This document shows, one piece after another, positions 1 through 10,924 of a stretch of 64,000 nucleotides of DNA. The position numbers and the translations under genes were made by a program. Position 1 is the first letter of the stretch. Each line of letters starts with the position of its first letter. The DNA is from an uncultured Bacilli bacterium (GTDB taxonomy: Bacteria; Bacillota_I; Bacilli_A; RF39; UBA660), in the NCBI GenBank assembly GCA_944359055.1, contig CALVSO010000004.1:508-64507 (forward strand). The letters are read 5' to 3'. The notes under the pieces are model-generated. The model was not told the origin of the DNA and searched no databases. It saw nothing but the letters and a program-made list of their open reading frames with translations.

Positions 1-2648
1 TTTTTAGAAAAACTACTAGTTTCTATTTTTTCATTTTCTATATTAATATTTTCTATATCAATTTTATCATCAATTATTTCTATATTATCTTGATAATTAC
101 CTATTTTAATTAGATTGTAATCTTTTGATAAATTAATACTATTTAAATCAATAGTCTTAATATATTGTTCTAATTTATCTTTAATTGAATTGATTATATC
201 AGCAAAGCTACGATATTTTTCTTTAACTGAATCATCTACTTTAGTATAACTTATTTCTTTTTTAGGCAATACTAAAATCATTTTTTCTTTTGCTCTAGTA
301 AGCGCTACATAAAACAATCTAATCTTTTCTGATATCTCTTCTTGTAGATAATCTTCTTTAACTAATTTTTTATAAATTGTGTCTGAAATACCATTATCAA
401 AGTATGGTGTTACAATTCCATATTTATTGTTATATAAAAATCTTTCATTTAAATCACTTATATTAAATGTTTTATAAAGGTTTGCAAAATAACAAATATG
501 ATATTCTAATCCTTTAGAATTATGGATAGTCATTATTTTAACATTATCTCCAAAATTACTTTCTATTTTATATTTCATATCTAATTTTTCTTTTAACATT
601 TTATCTAAATGAAGAGAAAAATCAAATATATCATAACCTAATTTACTTAAATTATTGGCCATATCTTTTATCTTATCAATTTTAATTATACTAGAATCAA
701 TATTGCCTATAGTAATTAGTTTTTCATAAAATTTAAATTCATTTAATATTTCATCAATAATATCACTAATAGAATTGTTATTGATTAATTTAGTTATTTT
801 TAAAGCGTCATTATATAGACTACTTTCTTTAAAATTTTTATTAACAAAATATTTAAAAATCACATCATCTTTTTCATTATATAAAAAACTACGCATTAAA
901 CTGATAAATAAATAATTATCATATTCTTTATTATATATTTTTAAAATATATTTAATTAAATTATTTAAAACTAAAATATCATTATCATCATTCATCTTTT
1001 CGTCTTTTAAAATATTTAAAGGTATTTTTTGATATTCAAATATCTTTTTAAATAAATCAAAATTAGAAGATCTATCTAATAAAATAACAAAATCACTGTA
1101 TTTAACATCTCTTAATATTTTTTCATCTTTATCAAATATTTGATATTTATTTTCTATCTTTTCTTTAATATCATTAGCAATTATAAAACATTCTATTTCT
1201 TCTTTTGTGTATATTTTATCTTCTTCGTAATCAATTAAATCTAAATTATAATCTTGATTAGTTTTTCCTTCATTAATATAAGTATCGTTACCAAATACCA
1301 TTTGATGAGATACTTGATAATCAGCTCCACCTATAAAATCATTCATAATAATATTAAATATTAAATTGATGTTATCTAAAACTTCTTTTCTTGATCTAAA
1401 GTTTTTATTTAAATCAATTTTATATCCATCAATATTTTTACTATATGAATCATATTTGTTTTTAAAGATATTTGGATTAGCATTTCTAAATCTATAAATA
1501 GATTGTTTAATATCCCCTACCATATAAACATTATTGTTAGCAATATATTTAATAAATTCTTCTTGTAAATCATTAGTATCTTGATATTCATCAATCATAA
1601 TTTCTTTAAATGAATTTTTTATTTCTTCTCTTACACTTTTGTTTTCTTTTACTATTTTTATAGCAAGTAAAGCAATGTCCGTAAATTCATAAGCATCGTT
1701 TTCAAATTTAAATTTGTGTACTTTTTCCTCTAATTCTAAAATTATTGAAATTATAACATCAACATAATCTTTAGTTTTTAATATTGTATTTTTTATTTCT
1801 TCAACATTTTCATATATACATAATTCATTTATTTCATCTAATGCTTTCTTTAATTTTTCTTTTACTTTTTTAGCTTCTTCTAAACTATTTCGCGGCAACA
1901 TTGGTAATTTAATTAAAACATTTTGTTTAATAGATTCATAATCAAAACTATTTAATAAATTACTTAAATCTAATTTTTCCATATAATTAGAATCGACATA
2001 ATCACTTAATTCACTTAATAAATTACCTATACCATCAATTTTTTTCCTTAATAATAAAATATAATTATTAATATTTTGATTTATTTTATCATCATTAAAA
2101 AAGTCATAATTCTCTAGATATTCTTTTTTGTTAGGTAACATATCTAATTTGGAACTGATAGTTAAAATCTGATTTCTAATATCTTTATCATCTTTAACAC
2201 AAAAATCATTAATTAATTTAATAAATTTATCATCCTTCAAATACCTATTTTCGAATATTTCATCTAACATTTCTTTTCTTTTTATTTTAAGGATATCTTC
2301 TTCTATTACATTAACATTTTTTGATACATTTAATAAGTAGTGATATTTCTTTACTATTGATAAAGCAAAACTATCAAATGTTGTAATATATGATGCATCA
2401 ATCATATCTAGTTCTTCTAATAAATTGTTTTCTTTTATTTTTTTTCTTATTCTTTCTTTCATTTCTTTAGCAGCAGCTTTAGTAAATGTTAATAATAACA
2501 ATTCATTAATATGAATACCATTTTTTAATTTAGTTATAACCCTCTCACTTAATACAGCAGTTTTACCAGATCCAGCTCCCGCACTTACTATTATATTAGT
2601 ATTATCTTTATTTATGGCTTCACTTTGTTCTTTAGTCCATTTAGGCAT
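1..2648 (-). CDS. addA: AddA/UvrD-type ATP-dependent helicase-nuclease subunit (3' end runs off the window)
   Basis: Not in the ORF track. Manual translation from the ATG at 2648 gives MPKWTKEQSEAINKDNTNIIVSAGAGSGKTAVL (Walker A), then TFTKAAAKEMKERI, IDEYQD, VGDIKQSIYRFR, TIHNSKGLEY and RLFYVALTRA. Overlaps the addB stop by 8 nt. Confidence 0.9.
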   Translation of the reverse strand, partial: MPKWTKEQSEAINKDNTNIIVSAGAGSGKTAVLSERVITKLKNGIHINELLLLTFTKAAAKEMKERIRKKIKENNLLEELDMIDASYITTFDSFALSIVKKYHYLLNVSKNVNVIEEDILKIKRKEMLDEIFENRYLKDDKFIKLINDFCVKDDKDIRNQILTISSKLDMLPNKKEYLENYDFFNDDKINQNINNYILLLRKKIDGIGNLLSELSDYVDSNYMEKLDLSNLLNSFDYESIKQNVLIKLPMLPRNSLEEAKKVKEKLKKALDEINELCIYENVEEIKNTILKTKDYVDVIISIILELEEKVHKFKFENDAYEFTDIALLAIKIVKENKSVREEIKNSFKEIMIDEYQDTNDLQEEFIKYIANNNVYMVGDIKQSIYRFRNANPNIFKNKYDSYSKNIDGYKIDLNKNFRSRKEVLDNINLIFNIIMNDFIGGADYQVSHQMVFGNDTYINEGKTNQDYNLDLIDYEEDKIYTKEEIECFIIANDIKEKIENKYQIFDKDEKILRDVKYSDFVILLDRSSNFDLFKKIFEYQKIPLNILKDEKMNDDNDILVLNNLIKYILKIYNKEYDNYLFISLMRSFLYNEKDDVIFKYFVNKNFKESSLYNDALKITKLINNNSISDIIDEILNEFKFYEKLITIGNIDSSIIKIDKIKDMANNLSKLGYDIFDFSLHLDKMLKEKLDMKYKIESNFGDNVKIMTIHNSKGLEYHICYFANLYKTFNISDLNERFLYNNKYGIVTPYFDNGISDTIYKKLVKEDYLQEEISEKIRLFYVALTRAKEKMILVLPKKEISYTKVDDSVKEKYRSFADIINSIKDKLEQYIKTIDLNSINLSKDYNLIKIGNYQDNIEIIDDKIDIENINIENEKIETSSFSK

Positions 2649-4941
2649 TTTCATCACCACTTTCTAATATAACAATATCATTTTCTTTTCTAAAACAAAC
2701 ATCCCTAAATTCACAGTATTCACAACCGATATTTTTATTATCTATTTTTTTAGGATTAATTACAAAATTAGTATCTAATATTTCATCTCTTGCTTCAGTT
2801 ATTTTACTATCAACTAAATTAATTAAATTATTAATTTCTTCATTATTAATCATTTTAGAGTAACTACTAAAACCTTTAGATGTTGTTTTTAATGATTTTA
2901 TAAAATTACTATTTTCATAATTTTTGTCTAATTTTTCTAAAATATCTAAATCATCATTTGTGTAACCTATTAGTTTTAAATTATCTTCTTTCAATTCTAA
3001 ATAAGTATGTTTATTATCTTTTTTTATTTCATTATTTAATATTTTTTGTAAATAAAAACCAGCAACTTCAACATTTTTTAAATCCATATTTTTACTCAAA
3101 TATAAATAGATTGGTAATTGTAAACTAAGACCATATTTTGCATAATCAATATTTATATCAGTATTACCTGTTTTATAGTCAACGATACAAACAATAGTTT
3201 TGTCATTTTCTTCTTTATATAATAACTTATCAACAACACCCATAAAAGTTACTTTAACATTAGTACTTTTATCAACAAATACTTTTCTTTCATAAAATGC
3301 ATTATTTAAATTAGTATCCTTATATTGTTTTTTTATTGTATCAATAATAAATATTAATTCATCTTTAGCTTTTTTAATAAAAAACTTCTCCATATTATTA
3401 AATTCGTATGTTTGTTTACTTAAAAATTCATTATAACATTTATCTAAATCAAAATTATCTAAAAAAGCATTAGATAAAACATAATGAAATAAATTACCTA
3501 AAACCGTATAATATGTTTCTTGATAAGGAGATATTCTTAAAACATTATTTAAATAATATTTAAATCCACATTTAAAATAATTATCTAAACTTGAATAAGA
3601 TAATAATATTTTATTATTAATAAATTTATTAAAATCATTTTTATCAATTTTAGTATATTTATTATCATATTTCATATATTGAATATCTTGATAATTACTA
3701 AATAACCTAGATAAATTATTTTCTTTAATATTATATTTAACTAATTTATCTAAAGAAGACGTTAATTTTATTTTATTATAAATATCCGATTTAAAACTAT
3801 CAATGTTATTATCAACTACTTCTAAATTTAAAACATCATTCAAATTAGATATTGTATATTCTTCATTGTTGTTTTTTAATTTATAAGAAATAGTTAAATT
3901 TTTAATATTATTTATTTTGTTAATTATCTTATTTTTTTCATAAATATTCTTTTCTTTAGATGTTAATAAACCTATTTTTTCTTTTATTTTATCAGATAAA
4001 AAATCTTCATCTTTATATATGTTTGGTATAATTCCATAGTTAAAACCTAAAATAAATAAATAATCATCATCACTTACTAAGCTATCAAATGATATTAATT
4101 TAATACTATTTTTTAATTCAATATCTTTTACCTTACAATTCTTAACTTCATAAATAATTAAGTCTTTCACTTCATTAAAATCAAATTCCACATATTTATT
4201 AACAATATCTATTAACTTATTAATCAATTCAACATCATTAAACTTATCTTTAATTTCATTTATTATATTTGAATTATAATTTTTAATAAAATAAGCTCCA
4301 ACTAAAGTATCACTTAATTTAGTATCACTTGGTATTTCAATTGGAATATTATAAAAATTACTCATTCTCTTTAAAGTATTATAATAATCATTACTAACAA
4401 TCAATTTAATATTGTTTATATTTATATTATTTTTTAACAAATCAACTATTTTATCAAAAACAAATTCAGCTTCTTTTTCTAATGTTTTAAATTGATAAAT
4501 TTTACTATGCTTATATTTTGGTTCATCTTTTATAACTTCAATATTATTACTTAATTTTTTTAATAATTCTAAATCAAATTTACTTAACTCATAACCATAA
4601 ACAACAATATTTCTATTTTTATAAACATCTATTCTACTAGTATTAATATAATCTTTTACTTCATCTTTCAATTTTAATAATAATTTTAATTTATCATCAT
4701 CAAAATATTCTTTAACATAAAATATATTATCTAAATATACTTTAGCTACTTCATATTTAAATTTGTATTTATCCATCAAATAATAAATTGCTTTAACATC
4801 ATAATTAAAAAACTTTTTATACAATTCTTCTAATGAAATATATTTAATATCTAATAAGTTGTTTTTACTAGTTATTTTTAAAATCATTTCTTCCTTTATT
4901 TCATTAGGTATAATTAATAACGTATTATCTTTTATATTCAT
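2641..4941 (-). CDS. addB: AddB-like PD-(D/E)XK nuclease subunit with Fe-S cysteines
   Basis: C-terminal LSYSSLDNYFKC...GVVDK...IVDYKTG...QLPIY...CEYCEFRDVC. Translationally coupled to addA. Confidence 0.8.
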   Translation of the reverse strand: MNIKDNTLLIIPNEIKEEMILKITSKNNLLDIKYISLEELYKKFFNYDVKAIYYLMDKYKFKYEVAKVYLDNIFYVKEYFDDDKLKLLLKLKDEVKDYINTSRIDVYKNRNIVVYGYELSKFDLELLKKLSNNIEVIKDEPKYKHSKIYQFKTLEKEAEFVFDKIVDLLKNNININNIKLIVSNDYYNTLKRMSNFYNIPIEIPSDTKLSDTLVGAYFIKNYNSNIINEIKDKFNDVELINKLIDIVNKYVEFDFNEVKDLIIYEVKNCKVKDIELKNSIKLISFDSLVSDDDYLFILGFNYGIIPNIYKDEDFLSDKIKEKIGLLTSKEKNIYEKNKIINKINNIKNLTISYKLKNNNEEYTISNLNDVLNLEVVDNNIDSFKSDIYNKIKLTSSLDKLVKYNIKENNLSRLFSNYQDIQYMKYDNKYTKIDKNDFNKFINNKILLSYSSLDNYFKCGFKYYLNNVLRISPYQETYYTVLGNLFHYVLSNAFLDNFDLDKCYNEFLSKQTYEFNNMEKFFIKKAKDELIFIIDTIKKQYKDTNLNNAFYERKVFVDKSTNVKVTFMGVVDKLLYKEENDKTIVCIVDYKTGNTDINIDYAKYGLSLQLPIYLYLSKNMDLKNVEVAGFYLQKILNNEIKKDNKHTYLELKEDNLKLIGYTNDDLDILEKLDKNYENSNFIKSLKTTSKGFSSYSKMINNEEINNLINLVDSKITEARDEILDTNFVINPKKIDNKNIGCEYCEFRDVCFRKENDIVILESGDENA

Positions 4942-4973
4942 AACTTACCTCCTTTAAATATTATAACATACAA

Positions 4974-5006
4974 ATAAACCTTCTACTGAAAAAGTAAAAG
5001 GTTTAT
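4974..5006 (-). terminator. Intrinsic terminator after the S41 gene
   Basis: Imperfect hairpin ATAAACCTTCTACT-gaaaa-AGTAAAAGGTTTAT. Confidence 0.55.
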
Positions 5007-5018
5007 CATTATTAATTT

Positions 5019-6187
5019 TTATCTTTTTTTATTATTCATTGTTTTACTATATTTTAAAGCAAAATTTAAAATTGTATCTATATTTTGCATATAATCTTCT
5101 TTTTTTCTTCAATTAAAATATCTGGATGAAATATATAAGGAACCAATATTTCATTTGTTACTTCATTTTTATATTCATTCTTAGACCTAACACTATAATT
5201 TAATAGTGGATTAAAATAACATTCAGATACAGAAAAATAATATTCACCGACATTAAACCAATTACTATTTCCGTAACAATTTATAGGAGTACTTATTTCT
5301 TCACCAATTGTAAGTGCTCCTAAATTGATTAAATCAACCAATGCATATCTTCCACCAGAAAAAACTCTGTAATCTGTTAAGCATATTAATTTTTTATCAC
5401 TATTTTCTTTAATAAAATCCATTAATATTTTATTTAATGCTGAATTGCCACCTGTATTTCCTCTAATATCAACAATAATAGTATCTATATTAGATAAATC
5501 TTCTTTTTTTAGCATTTCAATTGTTGACTCTATTTTTTCTTTAAACTTCATTTGTACAGAACTATGATTATAAATTAAACAGTTATCAACAAATCTATAT
5601 GTTGCATTATTACCATACCTATATTCATCATAATCAAACAATTGGTCTTTTAAATATTTTTCATACTTAGTAAATTTAATATTCTCTTTTTTGCCATCAG
5701 TTTTTTCAATTTCAAATACTAATTCATTACTTTCTCTTAATGATGGTATGCCAAATAATTTAACTTTATTAAATAATGATTTTTCTAATTCATATTTCTT
5801 TTTACCTTCTGTGCCATATGAAATAGTATCTATTAATTCGTTAATAATGACATCTATATTAATTCCGTTAATAGATATTAATTTTCCATTTTTCAAATTA
5901 TTAGGAAAATTAACTAATATATCATTATCAAATATTCTAAAATTAATTGGTAATAAGGATAACAATTCAAATTTTGTATGAGCATCAGTTTCTCCACACA
6001 ATCTTTTTATAATATAATCTATAAAATATTTAAATGAATAAATATCAACTACATCCATAACATTAATCAATTTATTATATAATTCATTTAATTGTTCTTC
6101 ATTTATTTCGTGCCAGGGATTTATATGAACTCTTTTATAATGTTCAATAAAATCATTGTATAAAATTTCATATTTCTTATTTATCAT
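5019..6187 (-). CDS. S41-family (tail-specific protease-like) peptidase with a frameshift near the C-terminus (ORF track stops at 5078)
   Basis: DAHT, IIVDIRGNTGGNS, FSGG, TIGE and PDI motifs. The expected tail EDYMQNIDTILNFAL lies in another frame after an A7 run at 5100-5106. Confidence 0.7.
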
Positions 6188-6209
6188 AAACTACCTTCAT
6201 TTTAAAATA

Positions 6210-6866
6210 CTAATTAATTTGTAATCCAAAAATACATTTTTCATATAAAAATTCAACAATTTTATTTTTATTATTGGTATTATAATATTGAGTAAGTAAT
6301 ATATTAAATTCATTAATATTTTCTTCTTTAACAGTTATAATACCACAACCATTTTCAATCAATATTTTATTAGCAATTATCATACTAGTTCTTTTATTAC
6401 CATCCCAAAATATTTGACTACGCATTAAATAAAGCATCAAATCAATTGCTTTTTCTGTAACATTTTCTTCTTGTAAAATTTTGTTTATATTATTAATGAC
6501 AGCTTCTTTAATTGGAATATCAGGTATATAATCAACACCATTGATACCTACTTTACCATTTCTTAAAACGCCCCATTCCAAAGATTCATTTCTAGAAACA
6601 TATGAATTTACTTTGCAAATAAAATCTAAATTAATTTCACTATCAATATTAGTTAGCACATAATTCCAAGCATCTCTTAAATTTAATATGCAATTTATTT
6701 CATCAAGTTTTAATGTCGGAACATTAACACCTTCTAATATTGTTTTTGTATCAGGATAAGTAGTATTAATACCTTCTAACCTTGCACTATTATATATATT
6801 TGACACTAAAACTTTTTTAGCTAAAAATAAGTTTTGTTCTTTTGTTAATTGATATTTATCTTTCAT
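6210..6866 (-). CDS. Fic/Doc family protein with a degenerate motif
   Basis: QIFWDGNKRT in place of HxFxDGN(G/K)R. N-terminal SARLEG inhibitory-type motif. Confidence 0.85.
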   Translation of the reverse strand: MKDKYQLTKEQNLFLAKKVLVSNIYNSARLEGINTTYPDTKTILEGVNVPTLKLDEINCILNLRDAWNYVLTNIDSEINLDFICKVNSYVSRNESLEWGVLRNGKVGINGVDYIPDIPIKEAVINNINKILQEENVTEKAIDLMLYLMRSQIFWDGNKRTSMIIANKILIENGCGIITVKEENINEFNILLTQYYNTNNKNKIVEFLYEKCIFGLQIN

Positions 6867-6989
6867 ACTTTCACCTCATTAAACAACTATTAATAGTATA
6901 TCATATAATTTACAATAATTGTTTACTTGTATTACATTAAAATTTAACATATATATATTCTAGTGTTTTATGAAATTTAAAAATATATT

Positions 6990-7535
6990 TTAACCTTTCG
7001 ATATACTATTTAATTCTTTATCAATATAAATTACAGTATCATTACAATTTTTTCTATTGTGTTTACTAGTAAAATCATTCCATTCAGATAAGTAAAAATC
7101 TATATTATCTTTATTTACTTTATCTTTTAATATTGTTTTAGCTGTTTTAAAATAATTCATAACTGCAACAGCACCTAAAGCATTAGGATAAGCTTCTTCT
7201 GGTATTGTTGAAATTTTATAAAACTCTAATGCTATATCATCTGTTACTTTTCTAGGATTAGTTAAAATTATTTTATCACTTCTAAATACACCGTGAGGAG
7301 TTGCGGAATCTTTTACATCAATAACTATAGCATCATCAGGTATTATAACATCATAAATTGTATCCCCTCTATGCAACCATCTTAATAATTTTTCTGGTGT
7401 TGTAAAATTAAATCCACCAAATTCTTTTCCACTTTTAGCTTCAAGATTCCAAACATTTGCAACATTTACTTCATCTATTTTATATTCATAATCAGCGCCT
7501 TTATTACCAAACATCACTTTTATATATTTATTCAT
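6990..7535 (-). CDS. Hypothetical protein with a virus-associated-like N-terminal domain
   Basis: 181-aa ORF coupled to the upstream gene. Pattern GGFNFTT...G..IYDVIIPDDA...FRSDKIIL. Confidence 0.6.
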   Translation of the reverse strand: MNKYIKVMFGNKGADYEYKIDEVNVANVWNLEAKSGKEFGGFNFTTPEKLLRWLHRGDTIYDVIIPDDAIVIDVKDSATPHGVFRSDKIILTNPRKVTDDIALEFYKISTIPEEAYPNALGAVAVMNYFKTAKTILKDKVNKDNIDFYLSEWNDFTSKHNRKNCNDTVIYIDKELNSISKG

Positions 7536-7536
7536 T

Positions 7537-8163
7537 TTAATTTTCCTTTATATTTTCTATCTTAATCAACTTATTTTCTTCAAATTCTAATTTAAATATT
7601 TCACAATATTTCCAATTACCCATACAATTAAAGAAATATTTTCCATTAAATGTACAATTACCTTGATTATCAATATCAACAATTTTTTTCAATAAATATA
7701 AAATTGCTGTAGAATGACTTACAATTGCAATTCTTTTACCTTTATATTCTTTTATTATTTCCATTAAGCAATTATACATTCTATTACTTACTTCTTTTTG
7801 TGACTCACCATTGCCAATTTTATAATTTTCATCAACAAACTGTTTCATTTCAAAATCTTTAGGTAATTCATTCCAATTATTTATACCAAATTTTCTTTCA
7901 CCTAAAGCTTCTACTATATTTATTTTTATATTATTTTCATTAGCAATATATTTAGCAGTTGATATAGTTCTTACATAATTAGACGAAAATAAAATATCTA
8001 TATTTTGTAATTCATCTAGTTTACTTATTTTGCTTGCTAGCATTTCACCATCAATAGATAAACATGCTTTTTCATTTTGGATTTGTAAATTATCATTATT
8101 GATTATATTATTAATTTTTTTTAATTGTTCTGAATGTCTAATTAAATATATTGTTGTTTTCAT
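7537..8163 (-). CDS. Histidine phosphatase (phosphoglycerate mutase-like) family protein
   Basis: IYLIRHSE, SSNYVRTISTA, LGERKFG, GES and IVSH motifs. Confidence 0.9.
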   Translation of the reverse strand: MKTTIYLIRHSEQLKKINNIINNDNLQIQNEKACLSIDGEMLASKISKLDELQNIDILFSSNYVRTISTAKYIANENNIKINIVEALGERKFGINNWNELPKDFEMKQFVDENYKIGNGESQKEVSNRMYNCLMEIIKEYKGKRIAIVSHSTAILYLLKKIVDIDNQGNCTFNGKYFFNCMGNWKYCEIFKLEFEENKLIKIENIKEN

Positions 8164-8243
8164 TATATTTTCCTTTCTAATTATAATAAATTTTGTTTCA
8201 TTATAGTTTTTCTACACTAAAAATATTCCTTAACATATATAAT

Positions 8244-9377
8244 TTATTTTTTTTCTATAGCATCAGCATGTAATTTAGCATATTTCTCAACTTGACTACT
8301 TATTAATTCATAATCATTTCTATAATCTAAACCAATAGCAGCCTTAACTCTTGCAAGTGTTTTAGAAGCTTTTAATCTTGCTTTTTCACTTCCCTCAAAC
8401 AAAATTTGATAAACTTCTGGTATATGTTTTTCCAATTCGTATCTTCTAGCTCTAATTGGGGCCAAAGTATCTTCCAAAACATAGTTTAAGAATTTTTTGA
8501 CTTTCATATCTCCTAAACCGCCACGTTCATAATGAGCTTTTAATTCATCTAAATTCTTATACTCAATTTCTCCAGTTTCTGAATTTTTAAAATATTCTTC
8601 AAAATGTTTATCTTTTGAAAATGCTGAAAGATATATAAATACCGGATTACCTTCGGTTACACCTGGATCTTGTACTCTTAAATGATTTGGATCCGTAAAC
8701 ATTCCCATTACTTTTCTTTTTACTTCTTCCTTACTATCAGATAAATAAATACAATTTCCTATTGATTTACTCATTTTAGCTTGACCATCAGTACCTGGTA
8801 ATCTATGACAAGCAGTATTTTGTGGTAAAACAGCTTGTGGCTCAACCAATGTATTACCATATAGTCTATTAAAAGTACGAACTATTTCTCTAGTCTGTTC
8901 TACCATTGGTAATTGGTCATCACCAACTGGAATTATATTTGCATCAAAAGCTGTTATATCTGCGGCTTGGCTAATAGGATAAGTCATAAATCCTACTGGC
9001 AATGTGTTTTGAAATCCTCTATATACAATTTCTTGTTTTACAGTTGGATTTCTTTGTAATCTTGCAACAGTAACTAAATTCATATAATAAAATGTTAAAT
9101 CACTTAACTCTGGAACTTCAGATTGTAGAAAAATTGTACATTTTTTTGGATCTATTCCACATGCCAAATAATCTAATGCAACTTCTATAACATTATCCTT
9201 TACTTTTTGAATATTTCCCGAATTATCAGTTGTTGCTTGTGAATCTGCAATTTCTATATACATTTCATCATACATACCTGAATTTTGTAATTGAACTCTT
9301 TGAGATAGCGATCCAACTAAATGTCCTAAATGTAATCTTCCTGTTGGTCTATCTCCTGTCAATATAATATTTCCCAT
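8244..9377 (-). CDS. trpS: Tryptophan--tRNA ligase
   Basis: [13 protein letters not shown] (HIGH), [14 protein letters not shown] and KMSKS. Confidence 0.97.
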   Translation of the reverse strand: MGNIILTGDRPTGRLHLGHLVGSLSQRVQLQNSGMYDEMYIEIADSQATTDNSGNIQKVKDNVIEVALDYLACGIDPKKCTIFLQSEVPELSDLTFYYMNLVTVARLQRNPTVKQEIVYRGFQNTLPVGFMTYPISQAADITAFDANIIPVGDDQLPMVEQTREIVRTFNRLYGNTLVEPQAVLPQNTACHRLPGTDGQAKMSKSIGNCIYLSDSKEEVKRKVMGMFTDPNHLRVQDPGVTEGNPVFIYLSAFSKDKHFEEYFKNSETGEIEYKNLDELKAHYERGGLGDMKVKKFLNYVLEDTLAPIRARRYELEKHIPEVYQILFEGSEKARLKASKTLARVKAAIGLDYRNDYELISSQVEKYAKLHADAIEKK

Positions 9378-9435
9378 ATTAATCTCCTTTTCTACATCTT
9401 TATTTTTTTAATTATCATAATTGCTCATTTATAAC

Positions 9436-10866
9436 CTAACTTTTAGTAAACTCTCTTATTAATCTTTTAGCTTGAGTAGTTACTGCTTTATCAAGCCAAT
9501 CTTCTCTTGGGCCGTAAGATAATATATCTGTTATAATTCTAACTCTATCTTTACTTTTTAGTACATAATCCGGTTCAACAACTCTATCATTAACTATAGC
9601 TGAAACCATTGTATTTCCAACATCTGGTCCAATACTATAAGCAAAGTCAATAGTAGTAGATCCTTTTGGTAATTCTATTATATCACCTCTAGTAGTATAT
9701 ACATATATTCTATCAGAAAATAATTCTGATTTTACTTGTCTTACAAAATCTTGATTATCTGAAAAAACACGATTAATTTCGATTAATGATTTAAAAAATT
9801 GATATTTACTTTTTAAATTTTCTTGCATTATATCTCTAGCATTTCCTTTACTTATATCCCAATAAGCCGTAAGCCCAAATGAAGCAATTTTATCCATATC
9901 AAATGTTCTTATTTGAGTTTGGACTAATCTTTCATCTGCACCAAAAACAGTTGTATGCAAAGATCTATACATATTTGTTTTAGGATTATATATATAATCT
10001 TTAAATTTATTATTTATTGGATGATATTTAGAATGAATCAATCCTAAAGCTTGATAACAATTAGCTATATCATCAACCATTATTTTTAAAGATAGTAAAT
10101 CATGAATATCAGATAATTTATGTCCTTGTTCCATTCTTTTATATATTCCATAGATGTTTTTTGTTCTTACTTTTATTTCATGCGGAATGTTTTTATCATT
10201 TAATATTAAATTAATTGTTTGAAGCATTTCATTTAAACAATTTTGACTTTCCTTTTCTATTCTAGATTTTATTTCTTCAATTCTTTTATATCTATCAGGA
10301 TAAAGATATTGAAGTGATAAATCTTCTAATTGAGATTTTATTCTATAAGCTCCAATGTAATAAGCAAGTGGTACAAATATATCCATTGTTTCTAATGAAT
10401 TTTCTTTTTGTTTAAATTCCGATTTAAATTGTAATGTTTGCATATTATGAAGTCTATCAGCTAATTTAATAATTATTATTCGAACATCATCAGTTATACT
10501 AGTTATTATTTTTCTTGTATTAGCATAATTTTGGTCTTGCTTAGAAGAAAAATTCATTTTAGCTAATTTAGTAACTCCATCAACCAAATTAGCAATACTT
10601 TGATTAAAATCATGGGCTATTTCTTCTTTTGTTATATTGGTATCTTCTATTGTATCATGTAATAATCCCGCACATATAGTATCACTATCAGCATGCATAT
10701 CGGCTAAAATACAAGCAACATTTAAAGGATGAATTATATAAGGTTCCCCACTTTGTCTAAATTGACCACTATGCAAATTACTAGCATATTCATAAGCTTT
10801 TTTTATTATTTCAATTTCTTCTGGATTATAATCCTTTAATTTTCCAATTAAAACATTTAAAGTCAT
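9436..10866 (-). CDS. rel: Truncated RelA/SpoT homologue (HD hydrolase + SYNTH-like + TGS, no ZFD/ACT)
   Basis: HPLNVA, LLHDTIED and KLADRLHN (HD domain). KDYI.NPK.N.YRSLHT (SYNTH). ELPKGST.IDFAY (TGS). Only 476 aa. Confidence 0.88.
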   Translation of the reverse strand: MTLNVLIGKLKDYNPEEIEIIKKAYEYASNLHSGQFRQSGEPYIIHPLNVACILADMHADSDTICAGLLHDTIEDTNITKEEIAHDFNQSIANLVDGVTKLAKMNFSSKQDQNYANTRKIITSITDDVRIIIIKLADRLHNMQTLQFKSEFKQKENSLETMDIFVPLAYYIGAYRIKSQLEDLSLQYLYPDRYKRIEEIKSRIEKESQNCLNEMLQTINLILNDKNIPHEIKVRTKNIYGIYKRMEQGHKLSDIHDLLSLKIMVDDIANCYQALGLIHSKYHPINNKFKDYIYNPKTNMYRSLHTTVFGADERLVQTQIRTFDMDKIASFGLTAYWDISKGNARDIMQENLKSKYQFFKSLIEINRVFSDNQDFVRQVKSELFSDRIYVYTTRGDIIELPKGSTTIDFAYSIGPDVGNTMVSAIVNDRVVEPDYVLKSKDRVRIITDILSYGPREDWLDKAVTTQAKRLIREFTKS

Positions 10867-10884
10867 TTAAAACACCTCCCAAAC

Positions 10885-10924
10885 ACAAAAAAGGCAACCA
10901 AAAATATTTTTAGTTACCTTTTTT
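10885..10924 (-). terminator. Intrinsic terminator inside the rel 5' leader (attenuator)
   Basis: Minus strand AAAAAAGGTAACTA-AAAATATTTT-TGGTTGCCTTTTTT, lying between the promoter and the rel RBS (GGGAGGTG). Confidence 0.75.
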
